Shown one piece after another: positions 1 through 12,270 of a stretch of DNA of 64,000 nucleotides. Origin of the DNA: Eledone cirrhosa (lineage: Eukaryota); the NCBI GenBank assembly GCA_964016885.1, contig OZ024765.1, forward strand, positions 23,684,001 to 23,748,000, in the 5' to 3' direction. The translations under genes were made by a program, and so were the position numbers. Every line of letters starts with the position of its first letter. Positions within the stretch are counted from its first letter, which is position 1. Under the pieces are notes generated by a model that was not told the DNA's origin, ran no database searches, and was given only the letters and a program-made list of their open reading frames with translations.

Positions 1-320
1 ATGGAGTTAGCTATCTGCTGCATGCGCCCCATTGTGCTATCTTCTAATTTATGTTTATTAGTACTCTCTTGTGGGGGTGTTCTTATTACTATATTGATAT
101 CGTCTACGTAACGAGAGTACATGATGAGGGCTATGGAGTTCTCTTCTAGGAGTTCTCTGAAAAAAATGGTCGCACATGCAATAGGAGCTAGTATTAAAAC
201 TAACCTAAAGGGCCATATGTTTAAATTTAATGATAAAGTCTCCACCCAGATTGAGGGAGCAGCGATGTTGCCATTCTATTTATGGTATGGTGGGAGAGGA
301 GAACTCCTAGAAGATGGTGC
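1..320. mobile_element. Rearranged Penelope-like retroelement reverse transcriptase relic
   Basis: Minus strand ~160->1 reads FRELLEENSIALIMYSRYVDDINIVIRT...MQQIANS (YVDD motif). Plus strand ~165-315 reads HMFKFNDKVSTQIEGAA then DVAILFMVWWER, resembling the Penelope F.F.GK.Y.Q..G.AMG region. agaactcctagaaga occurs in both orientations. Confidence 0.55.
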
Positions 321-368
321 CTCTACGACTCCACAAGAAGTTATGGGATCTTTATCGTTTTTTATCTA

Positions 369-3300
369 GTTTTAATATGGTACCACCACTCCTCAGGTTG
401 TGAGGAGTGGTAGTATTGGAGGTAGTGTTAATATGGTACCACCACTCCTCAGGTTGGGAGGAGTGGTAGTATTGGAGGTAGTGTTAATATGGTACCACCC
501 CTCCCCAGGTTGGGAGGAGTGGTAGTATTGGAGGTAGTGTTAATATGGTACCACCACTCCCCAGGTTGGGAGGAGGGGTAGTATTGGAGGTAGTATTAAT
601 ATGGTACCACCACTCCCCAGGTTGGGAGGAGTGGTAGTATTGGAGGTAGTGTTAATATGGTACCACCCCTCCTCATGTTGGGAGGAGGGGTAGTATTGGA
701 GGTAGTGTTAATATGGTACCACCCCTCCTCAGGTTGGGAGGAGGGGTAGTATTGGAGGTAGTGTTAATATGGTACCACCCCTCCTCATGTTGGGAGGAGG
801 GGTAGTATTGGAGGTAGTGTTAATATGGTACCACCCCTCCTCAGGTTGGGAGGAGGGGTAGTATTGGAGGTAGTGTTAATATGGTACCACCCCTCCTCAG
901 GTTGGGAGGAGGGGTAGTATTGGAGGTAGTGTTAATATGGTACCACCCCTCCTCATGTTGGGAGGAGTGGTAGTATTGGAGGTAGTGTTAATATGGTACC
1001 ACCCCTCCCCAGGTTGGGAGGAGGGGTAGTATTGGAGGTAGTATTAATATGGTACCACCACTCCCCAGGTTGGGAGGAGTGGTAGTATTGGAGGTAGTGT
1101 TAATATGGTACCACCCCTCCTCAGGTTGGGAGGAGGGGTAGTATTGGAGGTAGTGTTAATATGGTACCACCCCTCCTCATGTTGGGAGGAGTGGTAGTAT
1201 TGGAGGTAGTGTTAATATGGTACCACCCCTCCCCAGGTTGGGAGGAGGGGTAGTATTGGAGGTAGTATTAATATGGTACCACCACTCCCCAGGTTGGGAG
1301 GAGTGGTAGTATTGGAGGTAGTGTTAATATGGTACCACCACTCCTCAGGTTGGGAGGAGGGGTAGTATTGGAGGTAGTGTTAATATGGTACCACCCCTCC
1401 TCATGTTGGGAGGAGGGGTAGTATTGGAGGTAGTGTTAATATGGTACCACCCCTCCTCAGGTTGGGAGGAGGGGTAGTATTGGAGGTAGTGTTAATATGG
1501 TACCACCCCTCCTCATGTTGGGAGGAGTGGTAGTATTGGAGGTAGTGTTAATATGGTACCACCCCTCCCCAGGTTGGGAGGAGGGGTAGTATTGGAGGTA
1601 GTGTTAATATGGTACCACCCCTCCTCATGTTGGGAGGAGTGGTAGTATTGGAGGTAGTGTTAATATGGTACCACCCCTCCCCAGGTTGTGAGGAGGGGTA
1701 GTATTGGAGGTAGTGTTAATATGGTACCACCCCTCCTCATGTTGGGAGGAGTGGTAGTATTGGAGGTAGTGTTAATATGGTACCACCACTCCTCATGTTG
1801 GGAGGAGTGGTAGTATTGGAGGTAGTGTTAATATGGTACCACCCCTCCTCATGTTGGGAGGAGTGGTAGTATTGGAGGTAGTGTTAATATGGTACCACCC
1901 CTCCCCAGGTTGTGAGGAGGGGTAGTATTGGAGGTAGTGTTAATATGGTACCACCCCTCCTCATGTTGGGAGGAGTGGTAGTATTGGAGGTAGTGTTAAT
2001 ATGGTACCACCACTCCTCATGTTGGGAGGAGTGGTAGTATTGGAGGTAGTGTTAATATGGTACCACCCCTCCCCAGGTTGGGAGGAGGGGTGGTATTGGA
2101 GGTAGTGTTAATATGGTACCACCACTCCTCAGGTTGGGAGGAGGGGTAGTATTGGAGGTAGTGTTAATATGGTACCACCCCTCCTCATGTTGGGAGGAGG
2201 GGTAGTATTGGAGGTAGTGTTAATATGGTACCACCACTCCTCATGTTGGGAGGAGTGGTAGTATTGGAGGTAGTGTTAATATGGTACCACCCCTCCTCAT
2301 GTTGGGAGGAGTGGTAGTATTGGAGGTAGTGTTAATATGGTACCACCCCTCCTCATGTTGGGAGGAGTGGTAGTATTGGAGGTAGTGTTAATATGGTACC
2401 ACCCCTCCTCATGTTGGGAGGAGTGGTAGTATTGGAGGTAGTGTTAATATGGTACCACCACTCCTCATGTTGGGAGGAGTGGTAGTATTGGAGGTAGTGT
2501 TAATATGGTACCACCCCTCCTCATGTTGGGAGGAGTGGTAGTATTGGAGGTAGTGTTAATATGGTACCACCCCTCCTCAGGTTGTGAGGAGGGGTAGTAT
2601 TGGAGGTAGTGTTAATATGGTACCACCCCTCCTCAGGTTGTGAGGAGGGGTAGTATTGGAGGTAGTGTTAATATGGTACCACCCCTCCTCAGGTTGTGAG
2701 GAGGGGTAGTATTGGAGGTAGTGTTAATATGGTACCACCCCTCCTCAGGTTGGGAGGAGGGGTAGTATTGGAGGTAGTGTTAATATGGTACCACCCCTCC
2801 TCAGGTTGGGAGGAGGGGTAGTATTGGAGGTAGTGTTAATATGGTACCACCACTCCCCAGGTTGGGAGGAGGGGTAGTATTGGAGGTAGTGTTAATATGG
2901 TACCACCCCTCCTCATGTTGGGAGGAGTGGTAGTATTGGAGGTAGTGTTAATATGGTACCACCACTCCCCAGGTTGGGAGGAGTGGTAGTATTGGAGGTA
3001 GTTTTAATATGGTACCACCCCTCCTCATGTTGGGAGGAGTGGTAGTATTGGAGGTAGTGTTAATATGGTACCACCCCTCCTCATGTTGGGAGGAGTGGTA
3101 GTATTGGAGGTAGTTTTAATATGGTACCACCCCTCCTCATGTTGGGAGGAGTGGTAGTATTGGAGGTAGTGTTAATATGGTACCACCACTCCTCATGTTG
3201 GGAGGAGGGGTAGTATTGGAGGTAGTGTTAATATGGTACCACCCCTCCTCATGTTGGGAGGAGTGGTAGTATTGGAGGTAGTTTTAATATGGTACCACCC

Positions 3301-5462
3301 CTCCTCAGGTTGGGAGGAGGGGTAGTATTGGAGGTAGTGTTAATATGGTACCACCACTCCCCAGGTTGGGAGGAGGGGTAGTATTGGAGGTAGTGTTAAT
3401 ATGGTACCACCACTCCCCAGGTTGGGAGGAGTGGTAGTATTGGAGGTAGTGTTAATATGGTACCACCCCTCCTCAGGTTGTGAGGAGGGGTAGTATTGGA
3501 GGTAGTGTTAATATGGTACCACCACTCCCCAGGTTGGGAGGAGGGGTAGTATTGGAGGTAGTGTTAATATGGTACCACCACTCCCCAGGTTGTGAGGAGT
3601 GGTAGTATTGGAGGTAGTATTAATATGGTACCACCACTCCCCAGGTTGGGAGGAGGGGTAGTATTGGAGGTAGTGTTAATATGGTACCACCACTCCCCAG
3701 GTTGTGAGGAGGGGTGGTATTGGAGGTAGTATTAATATGGTACCACCACTCCCCAGGTTGGGAGGAGGGGTAGTATTGGAGGTAGTATTAATATGGTACC
3801 ACCACTCCCCAGGTTGTGAGGAGGGGTGGTATTGGAGGTAGTGTTAATATGGTACCACCACTCCCCAGGTTGGGAGGAGGGGTAGTATTGGAGGTAGTAT
3901 TAATATGGTACCACCCCTCCTCAGGTTGGGAGGAGGGGTAGTATTGGAGGTAGTATTAATATGGTACCACCACTCCCCAGGTTGGGAGGAGGGGTAGTAT
4001 TGGAGGTAGTATTAATATGGTACCACCACTCCCCAGGTTGGGAGGAGGGGTAGTATTGGAGGTAGTGTTAATATGGTACCACCACTCCCCAGGTTGGGAG
4101 GAGGGGTAGTATTGGAGGTAGTGTTAATATGGTACCACCACTCCCCAGGTTGTGAGGAGTGGTAGTATTGGAGGTAGTGTTAATATGGTACCACCACTCC
4201 CCAGGTTGGGAGGAGTGGTAGTATTGGAGGTAGTGTTAATATGGTACCACCCCTCCCCAGGTTGTGAGGAGTGGTAGTATTGGAGGTAGTGTTAATATGG
4301 TACCACCACTCCCCAGGTTGTGAGGAGGGGTAGTATTGGAGGTAGTATTAATATGGTACCACCCCTCCTCAGGTTGTGAGGAGGGGTAGTATTGGAGGTA
4401 GTGTTAATATGGTACCACCCCTCCCCAGGTTGTGAGGAGGGGTAGTATTGGAGGTAGTGTTAATATGGTACCACCACTCCCCAGGTTGGGAGGAGGGGTA
4501 GTATTGGAGGTAGTGTTAATATGGTACCACCCCTCCTCAGGTTGTGAGGAGGGGTAGTATTGGAGGTAGTGTTAATATGGTACCACCACTCCTCAGGTTG
4601 TGAGGAGTGGTAGTATTGGAGTTAGTGTTAATATGGTACCACCACTCCCCAGGTTGGGAGGAGGGGTAGTATTGGAGGTAGTGTTAATATGGTACCACCA
4701 CTCCCCAGGTTGGGAGGAGTGGTAGTATTGGAGTTAGTGTTAATATGGTACCACCACTCCTCAGGTTGGGAGGAGTGGTAGTATTGGAGGTAGTGTTAAT
4801 ATGGTACCACCCCTCCTCAGGTTGGGAGGAGGGGTAGTATTGGAGGTAGTGTTAATATGGTACCACCACTCCTCAGGTTGTGAGGAGGGGTAGTATTGGA
4901 GGTAGTGTTAATATGGTACCACCACTCCCCAGGTTGGGAGGAGGGGTAGTATTGGAGGTAGTGTTAATATGGTACCACCACTCCCCAGGTTGGGAGGAGG
5001 GGTAGTATTGGAGGTAGTGTTAATATGGTACCACCACTCCCCAGGTTGGGAGGAGGGGTAGTATTGGAGGTAGTATTAATATGGTACCACCACTCCCCAG
5101 GTTGGGAGGAGGGGTAGTATTGGAGGTAGTGTTAATATGGTACCACCACTCCCCAGGTTGGGAGGAGGGGTAGTATTGGAGGTAGTGTTAATATGGTACC
5201 ACCCCTCCCCAGGTTGGGAGGAGTGGTGGTATTGGAGGTAGTGTTAATATGGTACCACCCCTCCCCAGGTTGGGAGGAGGGGTAGTATTGGAGGTAGTGT
5301 TAATATGGTACCACCACTCCTCATGTTGGGAGGAGTGGTAGTATTGGAGGTAGTGTTAATATGGTACCACCCCTCCCCAGGTTGGGAGGAGTGGTAGTAT
5401 TGGAGGTAGTGTTAATATGGTACCACCCCTCCCCAGGTTGGGAGGAGTGGTGGTATTGGAGT
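369..5462. repeat. Tandem array of a 56-bp monomer, ~91 copies
   Basis: Unit taatatggtaccacc(c/a)ctcc(t/c)ca(g/t)gttg(g/t)gaggag(g/t)ggtagtattggaggtagt(g/a)t repeated head-to-tail, differing mainly by substitutions; no unique spacers. Confidence 0.98.
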
Positions 5463-5604
5463 TAATGAAAATTTAACATATATAAACAGATATGGGTTCA
5501 TTTAGAAATGTGTATACTTATCAATATTAAGAGTCCTGATAATAAAAGGTATTAAAATTATAATCCATATTGAAAATATATAATACACACATATCTACAT
5601 ATAC

Positions 5605-5608
<4 letters not shown>

Positions 5609-5654
<46 letters not shown>
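5609..5654. repeat. (TA)n microsatellite
   Basis: Perfect TA run. Confidence 0.95.
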
Positions 5655-5658
<4 letters not shown>

Positions 5659-5758
5659 AGATTCAAGACCCCGACGGCTGAGCTCCGGTCGTTTCAACTG
5701 CTAGATCGAAACTCTAGTTCAGATCTAGCTGTCGAAACGGCCTTGAATCTTTTCATAT
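5651..5758. repeat. Nested inverted repeat (fold-back)
   Basis: atatgaaaagattcaag (5651-5667) pairs perfectly with cttgaatcttttcatat (5742-5758). cgtttcaactgctagatc (5690-5707) pairs imperfectly with gatctagctgtcgaaacg (5722-5739). Confidence 0.85.
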
Positions 5759-6659
5759 TACCCACACTACTACCCCAAGTATTGAGTACTTTGGTGGGTT
5801 ATGGTCTAGCTGGTTTTACCAAACCCTATCTGATATATATATAAAACCACATACACACACATATAGACAAATATGTACCCTTTAGAAGGGTGAAAATAGA
5901 AATAACATGTACTTGCTATTTACTTATCACAGTTTGTATTGACGTTTGTTGGGGAAAGGAATTAGGTTGGAGATAGTTTGTCTTTAGGAAAACTGAATTA
6001 TAGACTGAGGGTAGATGGTGAAACCCAGTGAGTAGTAATGTGGGGTGTATGTAGATACCCAGGATTGGATTCTGTCAAGGTATATTATCTGACTAAATAG
6101 CTAGTGGTTAGATACTTGGATTAGAACTAAGGAAGTGAGAAAGAGGGGAAATCCAAGGCAAAGTAATTTTTAATTTTTGCTGAACCGGCAATCGCTCTGT
6201 ATAATCAGTTCCTGATTATTACTGGAATTCTATAAGAATCCAGCCTCTATAATTTTCGGCACAGGCCGCCGAGTACGTTGTTCTGAGGAACACCAACAGT
6301 GTGAAACAGATCTGTCAGCTTCTCTCCCTTCCTTTGCTGAAAAAGAAGTAAGTGACAAAGTCACTACTTTAAAATAATAGCGCAAGGTCTTCAAGATGTG
6401 TTTAATTAAACATACAGTATATTACCAAATATACTATACATACATTCATATATATTGTATTTTATCTGATGAGTGCGTACCAAAATTCTGGTATCCTTGA
6501 AATATAGATATATATTAAATCCATCCTATGTCCCAAATGCAGACTTTGGGTACACAAGAGATGTAATGGGATTCAAGGTAAGTTATCTAAGAATGCAGGT
6601 TTTATATGTAGTTGTTACACTGGAGCAGTAAGCAGTAATCTCTCTCAGGAGACAAGCTG

Positions 6660-7170
6660 TATCTGCTTCTGTTATGTTACCTGGCTGACCTAGTTAGCAG
6701 TGGAGGTGGGTGTTCTCAAAGTACTGTAACCAGGGTAAGAACGGGATAGAAGAAGTTCAGGGTGCTACTACCATTCCTGGCTGCAAAATGTTTTTCCCTC
6801 AAAATAAAGGGCAGTCTGTATGAGGTGTTTATAAAATAGCAACAATACATGGTAGTGACCCTGGGAACTGTGTGGAGAGGACCTCTAAAGATTGGATAGA
6901 AATGAAGCTTGTATGCTCTGATGGATGTGTAATAGTAATATACATGAAGAGTAAAGTGTAAATAAACTGAGAATGAGAATATACAGTGTGCTGGTATGGA
7001 TATGTGATGTGTAGGCAGGCTGCTCAAAGTGGATGGAAGTTATGGAAGAGGAAGACCTAGGAGAGCTTGAGATGAGGTGATAAAAACTGACCTGACACCA
7101 TTGTACCTCTCAAAGGTGATGACACAGGATTGAAATCTCCGGCGTTGTACAGTACTGCAGAAGACCTGTA
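6660..7170 (+). mobile_element. Degenerate 3' fragment of RTE-clade LINE
   Basis: Nucleotide similarity to 10110-10670 and to the 19467-20189 ORF (SGGGCS..TVTRVRTG.KKFR.LLP ... GRGRPR..DEVIKTDL); contains stops and indels. Confidence 0.8.
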
Positions 7171-7260
7171 TTCCCATGTGTTAACCTAATATATTGCTTC
7201 CATATACTGTACAGAATGTGTTGTTATTTCTGTTTACCTTTATTTCTCTTTACCTTTTGC

Positions 7261-7291
<31 letters not shown>

Positions 7292-7436
7292 CAATACTGC
7301 CGGTAATATATATATATATGTGTGTTTGTGAGTGGTGTGTGTGATTGTATGCATGAATGAGTGTTGGTATGTGAGTGGTGTGTGTGTGGTTGTGGTTTGT
7401 ATGCATGAGTGTTGGTGTGTGAGTGTGTGTGTGTAC
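7261..7436. repeat. Compound (TA)n/(TG)n low-complexity tract
   Basis: Visible directly; explains the H/T/Y/I-rich spurious ORFs. Confidence 0.9.
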
Positions 7437-7509
7437 GTCGTGGCAATAAGTTTGTATTTTTTTTTTTAATGACCATGATGTAAAATGGAGGGGTAGAGAG
7501 GGCCCTTGA

Positions 7510-10500
7510 GTCTAGTAAGACATCCTCTCTAGTCCTGGTGGCACAAATAAAAGCACCCAGTCCATGCTGTAAAGTGGCGCTGGTGTTAGGAAGGGCATCC
7601 AACCAGTGTATCAATGCCAAAACGCTTATCAGCACAGCAACAAATAGGAACAACAACAAAATATGAAGACGTCGCATCTCAGAGTTGCAACACTTAATGT
7701 TGGCACTCTCAGAGGTAGATCTGCTGAAATAGCAGAGATGCTGGAGAGAAGGCATGTGGATGTGTGCTGCGTGCAAGAGGTGAGATGGAGAGGTGCCTCT
7801 GCGAGACTAGTCGTAGGCAAGCGTCTTAGCTATAAGCTATTCTTGGTAGGTAAGGATGATGGGTTAGGGGGAGTAGGCATTTTCCTGGCTGAGAGATGGA
7901 TGAATAAGACAATAGAGGTAGTTCGAGTTAGTAATCGAATAATTAAGCTTAGATTAGTTGTAGGGAGGAGACTACTGACAATCATCTCGGCCTATGCTCC
8001 CCAAGCAAGCCTAGGCAAAGATGAGAAAGACTGCTTTTATGAACCGTAACTGTGCCCACCATGGGGTACATGGTGGGCACAGTTACGGTTCAAGAAATGA
8101 AGAAGGAGTGAGACTTCTTGAATTTTGTGATGCGGGTACATTGACTATTTGCAAAACAAACTTCCAGAAACCTGCCAATCACCTAATAACCTACAAATCT
8201 GGTGAGCACATAAGCCAGATCGACTTCTTACTAGTTAGGCAGCAGGACAGGCAGATAGTGGACAGATACCCTGGGGAAGATAGTGGGCAGATACCCTGGG
8301 GAAGAATGTACCCCACAGCATAGGTTAGTTGTTTGTGATATCTCAGTAAGCAAGAGATGGAATGAGACATATAGGAAGGTGTGGAGAAGAAAGGTCTGGA
8401 AGCTAAAAGACCTTTCACTAAAATACAAATTTAGGAAAGCCCTTCAAGATGTGTATGACGAAAAAGAAGACGATTTAGAGACGTATGACATAGATAATAA
8501 CTGGAATTTCTTACGTGACAACTTGCTGCAGGCTACTGATGAAACTTGTGGCTGGAGCAGAGCTCCAACCAGACAGAGAGTGACCTGGTGGTGGAACAGC
8601 ACAGTAGATAAGGCTATTAGAGACAAAAGACTAGCATGGAAGGCTTTGAAAAAGGGTGGGAGTAGGGAAGAATATACAGCCACTAAGAGAGAAGCTAGAC
8701 GTCAGGTGTACTTAGCACGCAGGGAGGCAGAGAGTAGGAGGTTTGCCAATGTTCTGCGACGGGAAGATCAGAGGCGTGCGGTGTTCCACATTGCAAGGCA
8801 GTGTGTCAATGCAAATCAGGATGTTGTTGGAGATAAATGTGTCTGGGATGATGCCGGTGTACTTAGTGTCACGAATGATCAGAAAAAGGAGGCCTGCAAA
8901 TGTCATTATGAGAGACTGATGAATGTGGAGAACAAATGGGAGAGAGAGAAATTACCCTTGGTAGATCCGACAGAGGGATCAGCTATTGAGATTAACGAAT
9001 ATAGGGTCCAAGAGGCGATTAGGGAAATGAAAAATGGTAAGGCTGCCGGACCATCAGGAATAGTTGCTGAGATGCTGAAGGCATCAGGGGACGTAGGCAC
9101 TAAACTGGTTGCACGCATCATCAATCAGGCTATATATGGTGGTGTCATGCCCAAAGACTGGTGCAGCAGTATTCTCATAAATTGCTACAAAGGTAAAGGG
9201 GATGCTCTGGAGAGGAGCAATTATAGGGGTATAAAACTGATAGATCAGGTTATGAAAGTGGCAGAAAGGATTTTAGCACAACTAATTAGAGAAAGGGTCA
9301 AACTAGATGAGATGCAGTTTGGTTTGTGCCTGGGAAGAGTACAACAGATGCCCTCTTCTTGGTGAAACAATTGCAAGAGAGGTTCTTAGAGAAGAATAAG
9401 TCACTATACTTAGCCTTTGTTGACCTAGAGAAGGCCTTTGATAGGGTGCCCCGATCTGTCATCTGGTGGTCCCTACGGAAGCTGGGTGTTGAGGAATGGC
9501 TTGTGAGGACATTGCAAACTTTGTACCGAAGTACTCTCAGTAAAGTGAGGGTAGGAATGGAGTTTAGTGAGGAATTCCAGATACAAGTAGGAGTACATCA
9601 GGGTTCGGTCCTCAGCCCGCTCTTGTTCATTATAGTCCTCCAAGCCATAACAGAGGAGTTTAAGACTGGCTGTCCATGGGAACTTCTCTATGATGACGAT
9701 CTGGTTCTTATAGCAGAATCAGTAGAGGAGCTAGAGAATAAATTCTGGCTATGGAAACAGCAGTTGGAAGCAAGAGGACTGAGAGTGAATCTAGCTAAGA
9801 TGAAAGTGATGATGAGTAGAAAAGATGACAAAACCCTGATTCTGTCAGGGAAATGGCCATGTTCGATATGCAGAAAAGGAACTGGCATAAATTCTATAAA
9901 ATGCACACAATGCAGATCCTGGGTACACAAGAGATGTAGCGGGATAGCAGGCAAACTAACAGGTAGGAGAAATATGTATGCAGAAGATGTACAGGGAAGA
10001 TGTACAGGGAAGATGTACAGGGAGATGTACAGGGAAATTAGACAGTAGAAGTCGCATTGATAGACACATTTTTTAAATGCAGGAGGGCGCTATAGAAGTG
10101 GTGGATAGATTCCGCTACCTAGGAGATTAGATTAGCATGGGAGGAGGGTGTTCCGAGGCCATAGTATCTAGAATAAGGACGGGTTGGAAGAAGTTTAGGG
10201 AGCTGCTTCCTCTGTTGACGAAGAAGGGTTTCTCCCTGCGTACGAAAGGCCGTTTGTATGATGCCTGTGTGAGGATTTCGATGCTGCATGGTAGTGAGAC
10301 ATGGGCAGCAACTGCAGAGGATATGAGACGGCTGGAGAGAAATGAGGCAAGCATGCTCCGTTGGATGTGCAGTGTAAATGTGCGTGAACGACCCAGCATA
10401 AATGTGTTGAGAGAGAAACTGTGTCTGAGAGGGATAGAATGTAGTGTATGGGGGAGGAGACTGAGGTGGTATGGACATGTGATGCGCATGGAGGATGACC

Positions 10501-10730
10501 GATGGGTGAAGAAGTGCCAGGAATTGCCAGTTGAAGGAAGACGTGGTAGAGGTAGACCACGAAAAACATGGGCGGAGGTGGTGAGAACAGACCTCAGATC
10601 ATTGAAGCTCACGGTGGAGATGACGAGGGACCGTGACAAGTGGAGAGATGGTGTGCTGAATAAGACCCGTCCCACCCTTGCAAGCAGGGAAAAGCGGACG
10701 TAAAATGATGATGATGATGATGATGATGAT
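7510..10730 (+). mobile_element. Near full-length decayed RTE-clade LINE (APE endonuclease + RT + PHD-like finger + C-terminal domain, (GAT)n tail)
   Basis: ORF pieces 7663-8049 (ATLNVGTL..DVCCVQEVRW..IISAYAPQ), ~8050-8330 (RNEEGVRLLEFC..SQIDFLL), 8283-9365 (GKAAGPSGI..NYRGIKL), 9326-10048 (AFVDLEKAFDRV..GVHQGSVLSPLLF..LLYDDDL) and 10137-10703 (MLHGSETW..RRLRWYGHVMRM..RGRPRKTW), then an atgatgatg tail at 10704-10730. It has frameshifts, a deletion near 8045 and YADD changed to YDDD at 9689-9700. Confidence 0.95.
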
Positions 10731-10930
10731 ATAAAGGTTAACAAAATATCGTTATAGGTCATCCAATTAAGTGAAACAATTAATCCAATTATCAGTGAAA
10801 CAATTGTTAGACTGCAAATAAATCCCCTTTTTTGTACTGTTGACCATGTTATTCTCCACTTTTTCAATTATATATATATATATTTATATATGTGTGTGAG
10901 TGTACGTCCATATATATATATATATATATA

Positions 10931-11188
10931 CTCTCCTAAAGTATAACAATATCTGTTTCAACGCAAGTTTTCAGATAAGAAACCTTGCTTGACAAATACA
11001 AAAACGGAGTGTGTGTGTGTGTGTATGTATATATATATATATATATTTATATATGTGTGTGAGTGTTCGTCCATATATATATATATATATACATACACAC
11101 ACCCACCCATTCCGTTCTTGTATTTGTCAAGCAAGGTTTCTTATCTGAAAAGATGCGTTGAAACAGATATTGTTATACTGTGGGGGAG
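10931..11188. repeat. ~78-bp inverted repeat pair flanking (TG)n/(TA)n microsatellites
   Basis: 10931-11008 (agtataacaatatctgtttcaacgc..ttttcagataagaaaccttgcttgacaaataca..acgga) is the near-exact reverse complement of 11111-11188. Confidence 0.9.
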
Positions 11189-11384
11189 TCATGCTGCCAA
11201 TAAAAACTCATGCAATTGTTGGTTTACTCTTCAATTTATTATAAACATCCAGTTGGTTAGTTTATTTGTTTATTGTCAAAGCTATTTTGTCACACATTAT
11301 ATAACCTCCTCAGTGACAAGGCTGTTATTTAGTATCTCTCCTGTGTTCTGTCAGACACCATCTAGTTTTTGTGAACTCACAAAT

Positions 11385-11560
11385 ACAAGAGATTATTTTT
11401 TTTGTTGCTTAGTAAAAATTAACACAACACATTGATTACATCTGAAGGAGGTAAGTTGACAAAGATTTACTTAATGTCTATATTAATGTGTAAATAATAG
11501 AATTATGTGAACCCTTCAACGTTACAGTAATAATATACAAGTGAAAATATAAAAACATTG
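11385..11560 (+). repeat. Dispersed ~170-bp repeat, copy 1 (also at ~12650-12810 + and ~29020-29150 -)
   Basis: Shared core acattgatta..tgaaggaggtaagttgacaaagatttacttaatgtctatattaatg. Confidence 0.8.
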
Positions 11561-11924
11561 GAAAAATATATTTCTTCAATATAGTCAATGTTAATCCTAA
11601 CTTTGCTGACTGCTTCTCTATACATGGCTTTATGATCATGTCTCCATAACATGTACCAGACAGTGTTTCAGGTAGCTCTTTACTATTAGAACCTTATTAT
11701 GTCACCAACGAAACCCTACACCAACAGATGTCCCTTCAATATCAAAACAACTCCCTGAAATAGTTACTCAATCCCTATTTCACAGGTTGACCCAGACATA
11801 GTCCCAAAGAAAGGAAATCCTTGTGGAATCATAGGGGTACCTTAGTGACATATAACATTTATTGGGTATTTTAGACCTGGTGGAGACCACACCCTTCCAG
11901 ATATGAATACCCTTGATTTCTTCC

Positions 11925-12270
11925 AGAGATGGTGGATGGGTGCTACACGAGAATGCTGAGGATGGCTCTGAACATTAATCAGTATACACTGAAGATGAAA
12001 AACTCAGAGCTGTATGGGAGCCTCTGAAACGTGACACAGAGGAGACTGAGGTTAGCTGGACATGCTCACGGACATCCAAAGTTGACACTGTACTCAGTGC
12101 TCCTGTGGGAGTCGCTGTATGGACAAACTGGAAGAAGAAGACCAAGGTTAACGTATGTTGATGACCTCAGGACAGACACTGGTCTGTTGGAGACGAAGGA
12201 AATGGCAGCGATAATGAGGGACAGGGGCCGCTGGAAAGAGTTCGTCCATGGATCTCGGGAATATTACCCG
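11925..12270 (+). mobile_element. 3' fragment of a second RTE/RTEX-like LINE family
   Basis: Translates VDGCYTRMLRMALNI..ELYG..RRLRLAGHAHGH..LLWE..GRRRPRLTYVDDL..DTGL..MRDRGRW, typical of RTE-clade C-termini. Confidence 0.8.

Noticed and set aside
369-5462. CRISPR-like array (palindromic repeat)
   Set aside because: No unique spacers, no cas genes, eukaryotic context.
10119-10867. Long minus-strand ORFs over the LINE (also 7240-7776, 16696-17091)
   Set aside because: Antisense shadows of TE coding sequence or microsatellite translations, with no recognisable motifs.
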